From Schmidtea polychroa (lineage: Eukaryota): a stretch of DNA of 64,000 bases. The stretch is taken from positions 238,702,001-238,766,000 of the forward strand of contig CM097885.1 in NCBI GenBank assembly GCA_044892525.1, written 5' to 3'. Under the pieces are notes generated by a model, which did not search any database, was not told the DNA's origin, and saw nothing but the letters and a program-made list of their open reading frames with translations. Position 1 is the stretch's first letter; each line of letters begins with the position of its first letter. Positions 29,071-44,269 of this stretch are shown here, piece after piece. Made by a program: the position numbers and the translations under genes.

Positions 29071-30950
29071 CCCTTTGAGGGTGCCGTGCGACTACAGTCG
29101 CAGAACTTTATTTTGGTCTTTTCTTGAAAATAAATTTTATTTAGTTTTGAAATTTACATCCTTTAACACTGGTTTGTCGGATGTTGGGTTTTTGCCTGAA
29201 ATGAGTCATTTTGACTGAAACATCAAAATTAAATTATTTTTTAAAAAAAATATTTTTAATTTAAAGAAACTTTATTTAAAATATATTTTATATACATATA
29301 TTCTGTTTTTTAAATATATTTTCTGCAGATTTTTTATTGCTATGAGTTTTACTTTCGTTTGCATGATGCTTTAACTATCATTTTGCTCTTCACACTAACG
29401 TGCTCTATGTAAGCCGATCTTTATAAAGCTTGGTGTTTGACTTATTTCTTCGATTTCTTCACGGATGTAAATCTTCAATAGCTGAATGGTTCGAGGATTG
29501 TTTCAGTATACTCTATCTTTCAAATATTCTTATAAGGAGAAATCTGGAACAGTAAAGTCAAGTGAGCGTGATGACCACTTGATTTCAAAATTTCTCGAAA
29601 TTATTCTTTTTCTAAGAATTTGTATTAAGAATTTATTTGTCGGAGGAGCTCTATGGGCAAAAGATCAAGCTTGATGCCACCAAATCTTCAACTTCAATTG
29701 ACGGTTAATGTTTTTTCTGCAAATGTTCAGAATAAATTGGTGGTTATTTAAAGGATATAATTTTCAAAACTAAATAAAATATGCACTTCAGCACGGTTCC
29801 CCTACTTTTGCATCTTTTCATGTTTTCCTTTAGATATTTCAATCAAAACCTGTGTATTGTTTGGTTGGTTATGAATTTCGGAAATAAAATAATGCATTCT
29901 AACTCCTCGTTTTTTATATCAAACAAATAAGACCTAACCATATTAAAAAGTTATTAAAAAACATTCCTTTTTCATTAATAACGCGAAGTAAGTTCTAATT
30001 TCTTAGACCAATCTTGGAAATTTAATTTAAATAAGAAATATTTATACATTTATAAAATTTATTAAGATAATGAATAATGTATCCGTCATTAGAATTTTTA
30101 AAAATATTTTTTGTCTGAAAACAAAACATCACATATAGGAAAGACAAAAAGAATTGACAGACAAAGTTTCTTAAAATTTATTATGTAAACTGATCAAATC
30201 CTCGGTTAAATCCCCAAAAAATGTAATTTTGAGAAAAGCTTTAATGAAAACAAGCATTGAAGGCAACAAATAGAGCCTACAAAATACATATTATGTCAAG
30301 GTACCTGCATATAATCTCATATGTACACAGATATGTAAATGAATATTTTGTACATATCTTGTTAAAAATTGCAAATGTTAATTTTATTTACCTTGATATA
30401 CCTTAATCCAGTAATGGATCATTTTACAATTATAATCTCAACCTTGAAAGAAATTTTGAATGGTGTTAAACTTTCTCAAGACTCAGAAACGAAACAGGAA
30501 ATATGCTATAACGTTGTAGGTAATTAGGTAGAGAATAGTTCTATCTCGGGCAAATGACCAAAAGTAAATAGAAGATCTCGCTTAATCAGGTTGCAATTGC
30601 TGTAATTTTTGGAGCTGAAGATGTAAATTAAAGAGAAAATTATACTGCTTGCACACAAAATGGTGAATTTTTATTTTATTAAATAATCATTAGCAATATG
30701 TTTTGTCTAAAATTATTCCACGATGAATGTAGTTAAACAACTATCAGTATTCCACAGCTGTTAATGACATATTCAAAAACAAAGTTGTTGCAACCTCCAG
30801 CACATGAAAGACTTATGCCATTCTAAGTTCTTTAAGAGAGACGATTTTGTCTTTAGTGTTTAAAAGTATAAACATAATTTCGTAAGGTAAAAGACCACCC
30901 TAGAAAAAGGCCTAAACTTTCAGTGGGTGGCAAAGAGCCTGAGAAGCAGG
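29071..30950 (-). mobile_element. Decayed piggyBac-like transposon
   Basis: TTAA|CCCTTT terminus at 29067-29076, plus minus-strand fragments weakly resembling piggyBac motifs (FRQ.I, KF.ILC.S, NYIL). Heavily degraded. Confidence 0.45.
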
Positions 30951-31949
30951 AGTTGGCAATTCTCAAAAGAGCTCTAGTCTTATTACTGTTGGGCTAAAAC
31001 CAAGAATTGAGAGTTTGTTTTAATGGATCGAAAATACCTAACAAAAACCGCACAAAGTTGAAAAAATTTATGATCAAGGTTTAATATGAAATAAATAAAA
31101 TAAATTACATAACATATTAAGAATCAAAAAAACCCGTAAAATAGAATAAAGAGATAAATAAATTTTTTAAAAAATTGAAACTAAAAATTTCGATGGAAAA
31201 ATAATAAAATGCAAAATAGAATTAGTTGAAAATTATTTAAACTATAAAATTTATAAAATTAAATCGTTGAAATAATAAAATTAATTAACATTATGTAAAT
31301 TGTAAAGTTTATTAAATGGTTAGAATTATGTAGCTTATGAAATTTATAGAATCAAAGAGTTTATTTTAATAAAAACTAAAATAAAATTAGCTAAAATTAA
31401 ATTATTAAAATTAATAAAAAATTAAATAATTAATTAATTAAATCAGTTAAATTAAAAAATAAATAATTGCACACACTCATGCATGCATGCAAAAGTAATT
31501 CAAATTTATCGCATGCTAATTGGATATAGTAGCAGAGAATGCGTAGGCGTGAAATCAAATCAGGATAAATAATGATTGAAAATTCAGTCAAAATAGGGGG
31601 TAGTTTAATCTGAAATCAACATTATTTACCAGACATTGTTAGGCGCTCTCAATTTTCGGTTCATGCAATCGAGGTAAGTTGAATTGAATTTTTGGTAACT
31701 TTATATAGTTTAATTTTATGAAAGGCATAAATTGATGTAATTTTATTTCATTTTTGAATTTTGAGTAACAATCATAATTTACATAAAATTATTTAATCTG
31801 ATGCTATGAATCTTCATGTTTTATCGATGGCCCCAGATTGAGAAAAATATTTGTGAACCGATGGCACTCATGCTGTCGGCTAGCAGAGGTTTCGTCAGTT
31901 TGGCACATCGTTTTATAGGATATAGTTAGGGATAGGGTCGAGGGGAGAA

Positions 31950-32710
31950 CCTAGATTCATTTTGAATAGTAGAGCCTTTCTTACCGTTATTTTTATGGGT
32001 ACGAGTGAGTTAGGAGTAGTAACAGTGTAACTAAAGATCAGTTGTAGGTAGATAAGGTCCAACTTGATTAATTTTTATAGGTTCTACGAAAGGTTAGGAT
32101 GTTAAATAGATCAGAATTAGGAAACACAGGCAGATCCTAGCTCAAATTTTATGGGAAGATAAGTTAAATCTTCACAAATGGGACGAAAATTACATAGTAG
32201 TATTTATTAACAGAAAAATAAGGGCGTATCTCTACACAAAATTGTTAAAGAGAACAATAGAAAACATCCAGAAATGAGGACCATAATTAAATGAAGACAT
32301 TTCAATGATCCAACAATAGAAATAGACAATGAATAATGACATAAGACCTTCTATCTGCAGTCTAGAATTCGACAAGAAAATACAATGAAGAGTGAGCATT
32401 TGAGCTCACCTGCTCATTGATTTTCGACCATTGTGTACAGCACCAACATGCTCGTCGCCATGAGTACACATATAACTTAAAGACAATAGTCATGAAGGCG
32501 TTTAGGAAGGTGTCACTGAGAAGATTGATAAATACCCTTAAACCATTTAAAAATGACACACCCCTAAGAGCCAAACATTATTATATCACAAATATATCAC
32601 ACATAACCAATGTCACTTGTAACAAGTACTTTATTAATTCAAAGCATTTTTATAGCAACTTCGTTACTACGGTACTCGTAGCATCAGAAACTTTGCAACG
32701 AACCATCTAG
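31950..32710 (+). mobile_element. RTE-like LINE C-terminal remnant
   Basis: Fragments SSNSVTK.ISCR, MKAFRK and QLRYYG resemble post-RT motifs of RTE ORFs. Confidence 0.4.
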
Positions 32711-33099
32711 TCAATATTTTTTGGTTATTACGTCATATTGATATAATAAAACATAACCAAGAAGAATCTACAATATGCCATCCAACAATTTATATTTATA
32801 TATATATGTTAAAATGTTTTAAAAAATAAAAATTTATATTATAATTAACAGTTTAAGAAATTTTATTTAGTCAAATATTTTTTAATCATCTAATTACATT
32901 TTAATTGTGACACTCAAAGATAATATGCAGTTAAATATTAAACAAGATACATAAAAATATTATATTTTTGTAAATTATTTAATATAATTTAAAATATAAT
33001 TTAAATGCTTGATTTTGCTTTTTTTGATTTTTTATTCGTTCCCTTTTTAGTTTGTTTAAGTTGTTGATTGTTATTTATAGATTATATTGTAAATTTGAA

Positions 33100-36000
33100 A
33101 TGTTCGGTTTTATTCAGAAAATTTTAGATTGGATAAAAAGTTTATTTTGGAAAGAAGAAATGGAGTTGACGCTAGTCGGGTTGCAGTTTTCTGGAAAGAC
33201 CACATTTGTTCATGTGATATCAGTAAGAATTATTTCAATTTTTCCATTATTTAATGTCTTAGTCTGGTCAATTTACTGAAGATATGATTCCAACAGTAGG
33301 GTTTAATATGAAAAAAATAACCAAAGGAAATGTTTCAATAAAAGTTTGAAATTAATTTTGTTTATTTTTTTTAAAACGCATAACAGATGTGGGATATCGG
33401 AGGACAGCCGAGATTTCGAAGCATGTGGGAACGGTATTGTCGTGGTGTCAACGCGATAATGTATTATTATATGTTTATTTATAAAGTTATTTTGTCATAG
33501 ATATATGGTGGATTCCGCTGATCATGATAAAATCGAAGCGGCTAGAAATGAATTGCATAATTTATTGGACAAACCTCAGTTAGCTGCCATTCCAGTACTA
33601 GTTTTGGGAAACAAACGAGATCTTCCTAACGCTTTAGCTGAACATGAATTGATTGAAAAGCTTAACCTTAATCAAATTACAGATAGGGAAATATGTTGTT
33701 ATTCTATATCGTGTAAAGAGCAAGAAAATATTGGTAAATTATAATTAATTAATGAAATAATATATATTTTTTAATTTTAATTATATTTGGTTACTACAAA
33801 CAAACGGAATGATTATAAAATTTAAATATATTATATTTCAATTAAGCCGATTGATTTAATTTAATCAATATCTAAATAATAATATTATGTAATTCTAAGT
33901 AGTAATCTAATGATGACAATCATGCCAAGCTAGGTATGTTGATAAATTACGTCTACGCCAACGAGTTAATCAATAATGCCTAATGTCACAATCTCTATTA
34001 TCAGTTATGTTATAAACTCGGAATTTTAATTGCATTTAATAATATTTTTTCTTCTTTAATTGGATCTTTGCAGAAAATATTCTGGTTTCTTATCATTTTT
34101 AATCTTATTAGTTAATTCATGGGAAGATAATTTTCAAAATTCAAATGAGAATAATTGGAAAATCGATTTGACTTAATTAGGAGGGTCACAAGCCTTCCAT
34201 TCTCTCAACAATTCTTTAATATTTATGCTTAATGAATTCTTTTTATTTAAATTTCATGAGAAATATTCGTTTCAATTCGGAAGAGGAGATAATTGGATAT
34301 TTTCTTTCATTTCCAATCTATTTAGCCGATAAAATTCGTTTGTAAATTGTAAAAATCAAATGTTTGTGGCCTAATCCACTCCATATAAAACGCCAAATTT
34401 CACTGGATCTTGCTTAGACTACTCGCATCGACATAATAAGAAATGCAAGTTTCACTAAAGTTTAATTATTTTCTAAAGAATTGTAAAATTCTAAAAAATA
34501 TTGTCATAAATTCATTTTTATTCGATTCGCTTAACCTCTCCATGGATAAATGCACAAATTGCGCCGCAAAGTAGGTGATAGATTAAACCAACAATTTCCA
34601 ACTTCGTCATTAGATAAAAATTTAGAATCGATACCCATATGATGAAGAAAAAGATAATTTGTAAATGATTCTCGAGGAATCAACAGAATGACAGATTTAC
34701 AATCGAATCTTCGCACTTTATAGTTGACCATTTTGTTATTTCTTATTGAAAGATGATTTATATTTCATTGGATATCCTGTTTGTGAACAAACTAATCAAT
34801 TCATATTAATTAGAACTGACATAAACAAAATTTATCAATGGTTATAAGGCGCATCAATGACGCAACAGGTGAAATAACGTGTCTGTAATATTTGCTGTTT
34901 AAATCACCAATATCATTGTTATGATATTATTGTTATGATCTCTTTTTTATACTTTTGCTAAATTTTAGTTTTCTGTACTTTTAAAGCTCACGTGACAATA
35001 TAAGATTTAGCAATCTTGCAACCGACCGAATATCAAAAAATGACTTTTAAAATTGGCATGAAGCGAAATTTTTTCATGAAAAGTATATTTAGTTTTATAA
35101 CTACTTTGTAGCCTTTGAGAAATAAACCTGACATTTGAAAGCGGGTTTTCTTTCTATAGTGTTGTTGTTAGTGAGCATACATGTCAAATTTGGTTAAAGA
35201 AATTTCATTCTGAATATTTTGAAGTGGAAAATCGTTAAAAAATTAACAACGAGGTTTTGAAAATTACGTGAAAATTATTAGAAAGTTTAAGCGTCGGTGA
35301 AACAACTTTTTTACAACATTTAAAATGGCTTAATTTGACTTCCAAGCTCGAAATTTTGGGTACCTCATCAACTGAGTAAAATGGATTTAACAGATCGATT
35401 CATTGTTGGCACATCTTCTTTCGGTGGATTAAAAGAAGAGAAATTTTCGCAATGAATTATTACAAAAACTGAGAGATGGGTTATGTATAGTAATCAGGGA
35501 TTCGGAGCCCTGTGCGGCTCCGGAGCGGAAAATTTGCTTGGATTAAATAGCGGAGTAGTGACTAAAAATTTAGAGGGAGCAGTGCGGTTCCGCTCCGCTC
35601 CAAATTTTTTAAAATTCCTATTCGAAAATGAATGTAGTGTCAGTTTCGAAAAATTAGTGTAAGTTTTGTTACTTAGGTATCAAAATTTTGCTTGCCGGGA
35701 AAATGAAAAGTTTGCATGTTGGGATCTAAGTTTGTGTTGATGTGTCAAATAACATCTGATTATAATTTGAAAATTTAATCTGATTTAAATATTTTGGAGT
35801 ATTGGGAGACCAAAAAACTAGAACAAAGTATTCTCTATGAGTTGGCACAAGTTGTTTTGGCAGTGCTTGCTACACAGGCAAGTGTTAAAATATGTGTTCT
35901 CGCATCTATCTTTGTTGTCGCCTGAGTAAAGAAAGACTTCAAGATATTTTGATGATCAAGCTAAATAATAATTTTATAGAATGATTAAAAAAATCTTTAA

Positions 36001-37930
36001 GACTTTATAATATTATTGTTTTTTTAATTTTAATATAAAATTTTTGTTTTTTGTTAAATAAATACTAAAAAACAGAAATTTAAAATTTTTTTAATAAATC
36101 CAGAGCGATTTTTTTTAATGGAGCGGAGCGTTTTTAACCATCGCTCTGAATTCCTGATAGTAATATCAAAACGAAAATTCATTAGTCCATAATCTAGGCG
36201 ATGAATTTGATTCTACAGGTAAATTTATGGAATCAACCCCAATGAAATGTCGAGGGACACACGTCTGTGGTGAAAGGAAGGGAATTGTTTTAAAAACATG
36301 ACGTCACATAACATCAACATCTAATTTAATAGCGCTAATTGTTACCGCAATGAAACAACACTAATAATAATGATTATCTCGTTCTTAATTTTTGATTATT
36401 TTGTTGACATTTTGTTACGCTTACCGTCATACTTCATATTTTATTATTTTTCTTGGGGACGGGGTTGCAAAGCTTTGCGGCATAATATTTGAAGGGTATA
36501 ATTCTTTGTGACGGCGGGGGAGGGGTCAAAATGAGCAAAATATAGGTGCCGTCATTTATGTCGAATGTTGAAAATTCTTATTAGAAAAAATGTTTATCTA
36601 AATTTATAATAGAATCGACTTTTTATGAAATGCGTTATCAAATAATTATTTCGATATCAGAAATTAAACGATTTCAAAGTATCAGTTGATTATTTTTCTA
36701 AGTTTTCGTGTATTGTTATTTATCATATAAATGTGAAAAATTGTTTATTAAGTACTTGGAATTTTATTTTGAAATTTAATGTTTCCATTTATTCATTGTA
36801 CTGCACTCAGTGTGAATAAGCGACATATATTGAAACATTGGAAATAAATAAACTGTTTGTGAAAATTGATGTTTTAAGAGAAATCATGTATTTGTAAATA
36901 GCTAAAATTTACCTAGTTAACGAATTACAATCAGATTTGGGGGAAATAATATCAATTGTCTTTCTGAGTATGGCAGGCAATTAAGGAAGTGCTGATAAAT
37001 GACAAACTGAAATGGAGATACAATATAATAACTTGTAAATGTAAATGTATATTTTACGATTTTTGGACTTCCCAAATTGGAAGTTTTACCACTGTTATCT
37101 CACTAATCTAAACAATATAATCTTCTTTGGATTTATATATATATATATATATATCACCATTCGTACATCTTTTTCACTATATATTAAATATATTATATTT
37201 CGATAGCATCACTATCATCATTCACGACGGATGAATAACTATACTATATTGATAATATATAAACAAATTATAAAATCTATAAATTTTAAATTATAAATAA
37301 AAATTTTAAGCAATTATTTTTTTATAAATAAACATCGATATCCTTACGAATTCATGGTCAATTTTTATATTATAGAGGTCAATTATTTGTTTTTTATTTA
37401 TTCTATTTTCTCTCTTTGCTATAGAGAAGAAATTTTGTAGAACCCGATAGAGTCACAGATAAAAAATGTGGCTGGACAATCGGGTGTGTGCATATATTGC
37501 GTAATACAATATAAATAATAAGAATGAAATATAAAATTAACCAAATAGAACTAACAAACTACAATTCTAACTTTTATTAAACAAACTAAAAGACCTTATT
37601 TAATTGGGATATCACGAACCGCGATCGTCGTCTTTTGAGATCGTTAGTTATTTAATCGGGAAATTTAGTAAGTTGTGATTGAAATTGGTTGATTGAAATC
37701 AAGAGTTTTAAGTTATTATTGTAGAATTTGGACTAAACTTTGATATCTAGATCGTTAGTTGTTTAATCGGGAAATTTAGCAAATTATGATTGAAATTGTT
37801 TTCTCTGTCTTCTTGGTTTGTAATTATTCTTTCGATTGTTCAAAATGAAAAGTAATAAAAAATGATAGTAATAAAAAACCTAATTGAGGTTTTGTTTTAA
37901 ACCCATAAAAACAATAAAAATATAACATTC

Positions 37931-37973
<43 letters not shown>

Positions 37974-39294
37974 AAGTACTTTTAGTAATACAGTATTATT
38001 ACTATAAATTTTTAATTTGCATTAATTTATTCTTTTCATTTTTTCATCGCGCAGTGCGTTCCCTTTATGCGGATAATGAATATACAAATTAAACAAGTGA
38101 AAAATAATTAATATTGCTCATTTAATAGAGTATATAAATTTGAAAAGGTTTTTATTAATGCGAATTTTGGTAAATTTATCAATGATTATAGTTAAAATTC
38201 TGAAAATTATTCCTGAATGTCATGTTGATAGGCAATTAAAGAAAACATCCTTGAAATTGAATGTGAATTAAGGATACTGTTCCAATTTTTTATGTATAAA
38301 ATACATTAGAGCAGTGGTTCTTAACTTTTTATGGTCACGGCCAATCTAATTGCCATACATTATTTACATTATTTTCTTGAATATGGAAATAGCTTTTATG
38401 CATTTGTTTCTATCTAATTCGATATTTTTAACTAGATAAATAATATCTAACGGATTGTTATTGAGCAAGTGTAAATAAATGTTATTTTATAAAACAGAAA
38501 TGCGAAAGTGAGTAGAATCATCAGTAAAACCGTTAGAGTGTATATTAGAACAGAGGTAGGTTTTCAGAGTGTGCCGCAAGGTTTTTTAAAACTTAAAAAT
38601 TTAACAAAAGGGAATATATTTATAATCTACTAAAATTAAATATCCAATTTGTGAAGTTAATGTGCCATAACTTAGTCCCCCTTGAAAACCCCTGTATTAT
38701 ACATAAACGTAAAAAAAAAATTCAGTCGAAAAACAAATGTTAAAATTATAACTTTTTTACTTTTTAAACAAAAACATAGATTGATTTTTTAACTGGATCT
38801 TCGAGGGTTGATACTGACAATATCTGTTCTTGTGGCAATTTGGTAAACGTTATTTTTCTTATTGATTTTATTGTCTTCACTATTTCTCAATAAGCGCTCC
38901 ATTAGACATTATGTGCTTAGTAAAATAGATTAAAGTTGACTTAGGTGGCATAAAATTATTTGTCCAAAAAGCTACTTTATTAAAAAATAACATTAAAAAA
39001 ATAAATTTGCCAGTAGCGTGTACTACATCCGAACTACAAAAAAATATTTCAATAAACAACATAAATATTAATGTAAATTTTATTCGCTGTTTTCTCGAGT
39101 AATTGCTATATCTCAGTGATATGAAAAGGGTGAAAATGTTTATTGGAAAAAATATAATTATATATTATTTAATAACCCAACAAAGGTAAAACATATTTTA
39201 GTTAATATCTTTTAACTTTTGCATCTTGAATTTCTGAGTTATTCTAGACATAACTTTACAATGGCTGATGAAGAATTCCAAGTCTCTGCGTTAA
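33100..39294 (+). CDS. ARL8: ADP-ribosylation factor-like 8 GTPase; exons 33100-33222, 33263-33343, 33387-33460, 33501-33733, 39248-39294
   Basis: [75 protein letters not shown] and last exon [15 protein letters not shown]. All introns are GT-AG (40, 43, 40 and 5514 nt) and keep the frame. Confidence 0.96.
35495..36156 (+). mobile_element. Non-autonomous hAT element in Arl8 intron 4
   Basis: 8 bp TSD ATAGTAAT on both sides, TIR CAGGGATTCGGAGC / GCTCTGAATTCCTG, GGAGCGG repeats, and hATC fragment [24 protein letters not shown]. Confidence 0.9.
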
Positions 39295-40068
39295 TTGAAT
39301 TTCATTGGATTTATTGTGATTTATTTATGAAATTTTATGATATTTAAATTTGATTTATGTAGATTTTAATGTTTGTATTTTATTATATAAAAAATGTTGA
39401 TTAATTTTGCATGCGTATGTTATAAAATGTTCCAGTTGAAATTTCCCACATTTTTGTGGTCATGATAATATTCCGAACTTAAAATTTAAAGAATTTTAAA
39501 AATAATAACATTTTTGATTTCTAGGTTCCGTTTGATATAATAATGAATTCAATGGGAAAATATTTAATTTTTATGACTTGTTTTAATCTTTCAATCAGTT
39601 CAAATTATTTTGTAAAATAAAAAAAAATAAAAACTGACAATGAATTTCTTGTTCTTTATAAAAATATGTCAATATTAGAAGAATTTTGCAGATTTGGATC
39701 GTAATAATAAAATTAGTTGGCATCAGTGTGAAAAAGTGGTAGTAAATAATAAGAAAACAGTGTAGTCCGAATCCGGTTTATTGATAGCTAGACAATTGAA
39801 AGATTATTAATCGTAACTGCTAAAAAGTTTGCTTTCATTTAATGATGCGTGCAAGAAATTTGATTACTTTTCAGGATTTCCGTTAATTATCAGAATATAT
39901 TAAGATATTTGTAAATTAAGAAATTGTAAATAAATAGCAAGTGATGTTTGTATTGAAAATCATCCTTGGTTTCGGTGAAATGAATTTTATGAATTCTGAT
40001 TTATATCCCTTTAGTGGGGTTCTCCATCATTTTCTTTAAATATTTTACTCATCTTTATTAGAATAAGA

Positions 40069-40900
40069 CAGGGGTGGGTCATAGGGCACATTGAAATTTT
40101 CACCAAATGGGGCCGTAGTCATAAAGTAGTTTAACATTAATTATTACAGTTAGTATACAATTATATAATAATATATTTAAATAAATATGGAATTGCTTAC
40201 CTTTTTAAAATTTAATGACTTTTTTTGCAATTGTTTATGGCGAGCCTGCATTGGGATATCGAGTTGTAACATGGTAGTTTTCAATTTTAATTGGTCCTCC
40301 AGATGCGCATCATTCATTTGTGTTCTCAACGAATTTTTGATTTGTATGAGAATGTGGATTCACAGCGGTATGTCGTAGAAAGCACGAAATCAATCGGCAT
40401 GCATGTTTAAGCGTGCAGCTTGCTTCCAAATCTCAGCGGGCTCGCCCTTGTTAATAAACAGAGATTTCAGGACATTATCTTCAGACAACTCAATAAGCTC
40501 CATTTGAAACTCTAGAGGTGCAATTGATACATCAACTAAGTGAGGTTGAAAAGCTAATTTCAGTGTGATATCATGTTTTTCAAAATCATGGAATCTGTCA
40601 TTTTATTCTTTGATTAATGAGTCTAATACGGATTCATAGTTTTCGAAAGATTCACAGATATACTCTTTATTTTCATTTATTATTTTTGTTAATTGAGGAA
40701 AGTTTCGAAATAGAAAGAACAGATTTGAAAAAAAGCAACTTCTTTCTAGATGCCAGAATTTTTTCCAACGTCATAAATTGATTTATTTTTGTCTTGCAGG
40801 GAAATATTTAACTCATTTTGCTTATATCACAAAGAAATTCAACATCTCTGTGAAAATTTGCATCAGCTAATTCAGAATGCTTATTATTTTCTTGAAAAAA
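40069..40900 (-). mobile_element. hAT (Buster/Charlie, GTF2IRD2-like) 3' remnant
   Basis: CAGGGGTGGGTCA terminus at 40069; the minus strand encodes TYRCESTFSH...RTQMNDAHLEDQLKL...KQLQKSH*. Confidence 0.75.
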
Positions 40901-41379
40901 TTGAATTATTTGCAAATCGTTCCCTTTCTAAAGCAAATTGGATCTTTCCTTCCGTTATGTTTGTGTTATCATTTTCATTTGACCTGCTTCATCTTCATTT
41001 TAGCAATAAAAGATGAAGTCGAATCAAAAACCAGATTTTGTATGGCATGTGCAGACAGTAGCAAAGAGATTTCCCAGCTGAAACCTTAGGTAATCAAATT
41101 GAAATCAACGATCGACAGGCTGGATAGGATATGTTTTACCCCTGAGAAGGTCCACAAAATTCAAAAGCAGCAAGTGAAAGTGAATCGCTGTCGAGATAAA
41201 TCAATAATAGAGAGCCGCGCCCAAAGAAACCTACTAAGATAGTGGAATAAAGCGCTCGTGCGGGTCTACACACTGTTGCACGTATTTGTTCTAGTTTAAA
41301 TAGATTTCACTTGCTGTTGTTTTTCGTTAATTTCATGATGTGCTTATTTTACTGATCCTTTGACCTATTTCTCATTGAA

Positions 41380-41860
41380 TATATTTTCTACCTCTCGACA
41401 CCTACCAACTATGAACGTCGTTTTGTTGAGAATATTAATCCTTCTATAGACAGTCCAGGACCTCGAGGTGAATGCCAAGTGGAGACTTATTTTGGCAGAG
41501 GAGCTCACCTATTTATTAACATTTAGCCACTGTGTCCAGTGCCAACATTGTCTATCGCCATAAGTACACAGAGCGTTAGATTTCAATAATCGTTTGGACA
41601 TCTAAAGTAGCTCAATACTTTTCTCCAGTAACCCGCTCTAAACACTTGATCATTAAGACCACCCGGGAGCACAGCAATGCCTGCAATAGATTCTTCATAT
41701 TTCCATTCCATATTATTATTATATTTATGAAAACATAAGTAAAGCTCAAGAAAAACAAGAACATCGAAACAGTCCTCACCAAACCCGAGACTTGTCAGGC
41801 CATTGGTTGTTCAATTTGTGGAGCTAAATTTTTGCACAGTGTCAATATTGCCTAGTAATG
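41380..41860 (-). mobile_element. RTE-like LINE APE endonuclease remnant
   Basis: Minus-strand fragments LGFGE, LMAIDNVG (compare MGDFNAxVG) and STWHSPRG (compare TWxSPDG) occur in the expected order. Confidence 0.5.
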
Positions 41861-42640
41861 GGTGTCTAGTGGATTATCATTCGGGTTGCATGGGTAAATA
41901 GTTAATGAAGATGGTTAATCCCTTCATAAAACCCAGTATAAACAAGTAAAACCTCCCTTTTAGTGTAGTTGCTTTATTTCATTCCATATTTTTATCCTTG
42001 CCATGTTGGTTTTTCGAATTTATTTTGTTTGCAGTGTTTACAAATAATATCTTACTATATTTGGTGCTTTTGTTAATTACTTAATTTACTTTTCGTGCTT
42101 ATTATTTATTTTGTATGATTTTTACTTTATTTATTCACAATTACTTAATGTTCTGCTTTTTCGATTTTAATTCAACTTATTGTTTGTACATTTTGCTCTA
42201 TTGTAGATACGAAAAAACTAAATAACTGAAAAGGTTTCAGGCCTCGTTTTTTTGCTAAACAGTATAAAAAATCTGGAAACACACTTCAACCATAGGTACC
42301 ATGAGATAAACAACTATAGTTTCCAACAAACAAAAGGATTCGTATGCCATAATTATGGGCTTGGTCTGTATTATTTCTTATCTTCTGATCGTCTCTATCT
42401 CTTTTTTAGAACATTTTAAACACGGAGCCGCCCATCATATTTCCAGCCTAACGAATCTATTTTTGAAATCTGAATGAAAATAAATTAATTTTAAAAATTA
42501 AATTTTCCAAAATTTTAAATATTGTTTAAATAAATTTTTTCAAATTAAATTATCGAATTTATTGGAATTATTTATTTAAATAGTTTTAGTATACAATTGT
42601 TTCAATAAGTATAGCATTATTTAATTTTTGAATTATTGTT

Positions 42641-43965
42641 ATGGACAAATCTCTTAACGAATTATATGTAGAAGTTCGTGATGTTTATAAAAAAGTCGAA
42701 ACTTCAGTATTAGCATCTACCTCTTTTGAGTATCAAGTAATTAATATGAATTATTTTAATCATTTTAATGAAATAGGAATTAGTTCAGAAAGGTATCGAA
42801 CAATCTAAACTTTTATGGGAAAGAATTCTAGAAATAGATTTGTTTTCACAAAATGAGACTTCTGATGATATTTCTACAGAAGCTTTGAAGTAATATTTAA
42901 CTGTTTATTTTTTCAAAAAAATTTCCATAGATTTATTATTGTTCCTGGATTCATTGGTTATTTTGTTTACAATTTAAAGTCTGAGAGTCGAATAGATAAT
43001 TTAAGTGAAGTCAAAGTAAAAGGCTAATTTAATATTTAAATATTTTAATGTTTTAGAAATTCTATACCAAATTTTTGGATTTGGTTAATGATTATGAATT
43101 AAATAATGGCAAATCTTCTGAGTAAACTTAAACTTAATTTTTCGATAATTTTTTTTCTTTGCAGAGATTCTAATTCAAGAGATAATAAAATAAAACAATT
43201 TCGTGAAGATAAAATATTAAATGAAAAATTAAATTATTTAGAAAAGCATATGGACGATGAAAATGTTGACGAAGAAATCAAAGTTAATTACTTTATATAA
43301 TAACATTTTATAGTTGATTTAGAGAGAATATTATTTGGTATTGTTGAAACATTGGATTTCCAAAATTGAAGGTGATCTTAAAATGCTCGAACGTAAATTA
43401 ATGCTAAATAAATTAAATATTTTTATGATGAATTTCAGATGAAATATTCATTCTAGAAAATAAAAAAGATGTTACAGTACCGAAAGTGGATAGTTCTGTA
43501 AGAAATTGTATCCGAAATCGATTGTTAACTTTTTATCATGTTAAGAATTTGAAAACATTTGTCATTACAAAAGATATGGTTAAAAATTCAGTTTTTGGAA
43601 TGGGATATAAAAATTTGCCAACTTATAGCATTGAGGATTTTTATTGTATGCAAGTTGAACAAGGCCAAGTTCCGTATCCTGAGGAAAAGTAATTTCTATA
43701 GCACTCGGTATCATTAATGATTATAGACAACCAAAGCCGCCGTCTGGTCCCAGGCGCATTGGACCAAATGAAAATAAGGAAGATGAATTGTTGGCAATTA
43801 ATAACGATAAGCTTGAAGATTCACACGATGAAGAGAGCCGAAATAAAGCGATTTATATGGATAATTTCAAAGATGGTAATTGTAAATGTAATCTGTCGAC
43901 AATTTGATATTGGAATTTATATAGAAAACCGACGGGGATGCGGCAATACAACGAATCGGGGATAA
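42641..43965 (+). CDS. IGBP1: TAP42/alpha4 (immunoglobulin-binding protein 1) PP2A regulator, about 10 exons with short introns
   Basis: Spliced translation MDKSLNELY...IDLFSQNETSDDISTEALK...RDNKIKQFRE...DEEIKREYYL...VFGMGYKNLPTYSIEDF...MDNFKDENRRGCGNTTNRG* matches TAP42 family motifs. Confidence 0.92.
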
Positions 43966-44269
43966 TTAGCATTGAATAAATCATTTACAATTTCATTCGG
44001 GGATTATTTCATAGGCAATTCGCCGGCTACCAGATATCACGATAGCGTTTTACTGTTTATTTAAACAAATTAATTGTCAAATGCGATAATTTTGATTTGA
44101 TGGTTTTTATGAAGTTTATTTATAGTCAATATTGTGGGAATGAATCACATTTGATTACAAATAACCCATTTATCGATAAATTATAATATTTAATTATTTT
44201 GGTCCAGGGGGGTGATGGTCACCAGTTTAATGGTTACTGTTAAAATCTCATATACATTAGAGAATTTGT

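Noticed and set aside
34200..34740. piggyBac-like remnant in the Arl8 intron (PVKFGV fragment)
   Set aside because: Too degraded and no termini found.
38311..38694. Charlie-type hAT MITE (CAGTGGTTCTTAAC ... TTGAAAACCCCTG)
   Set aside because: Putative TSDs match at only 5 of 8 positions and the ends may belong to different elements.
39265..39280. CTGATGA motif
   Set aside because: It lies in the Arl8 last coding exon and has no ribozyme fold.
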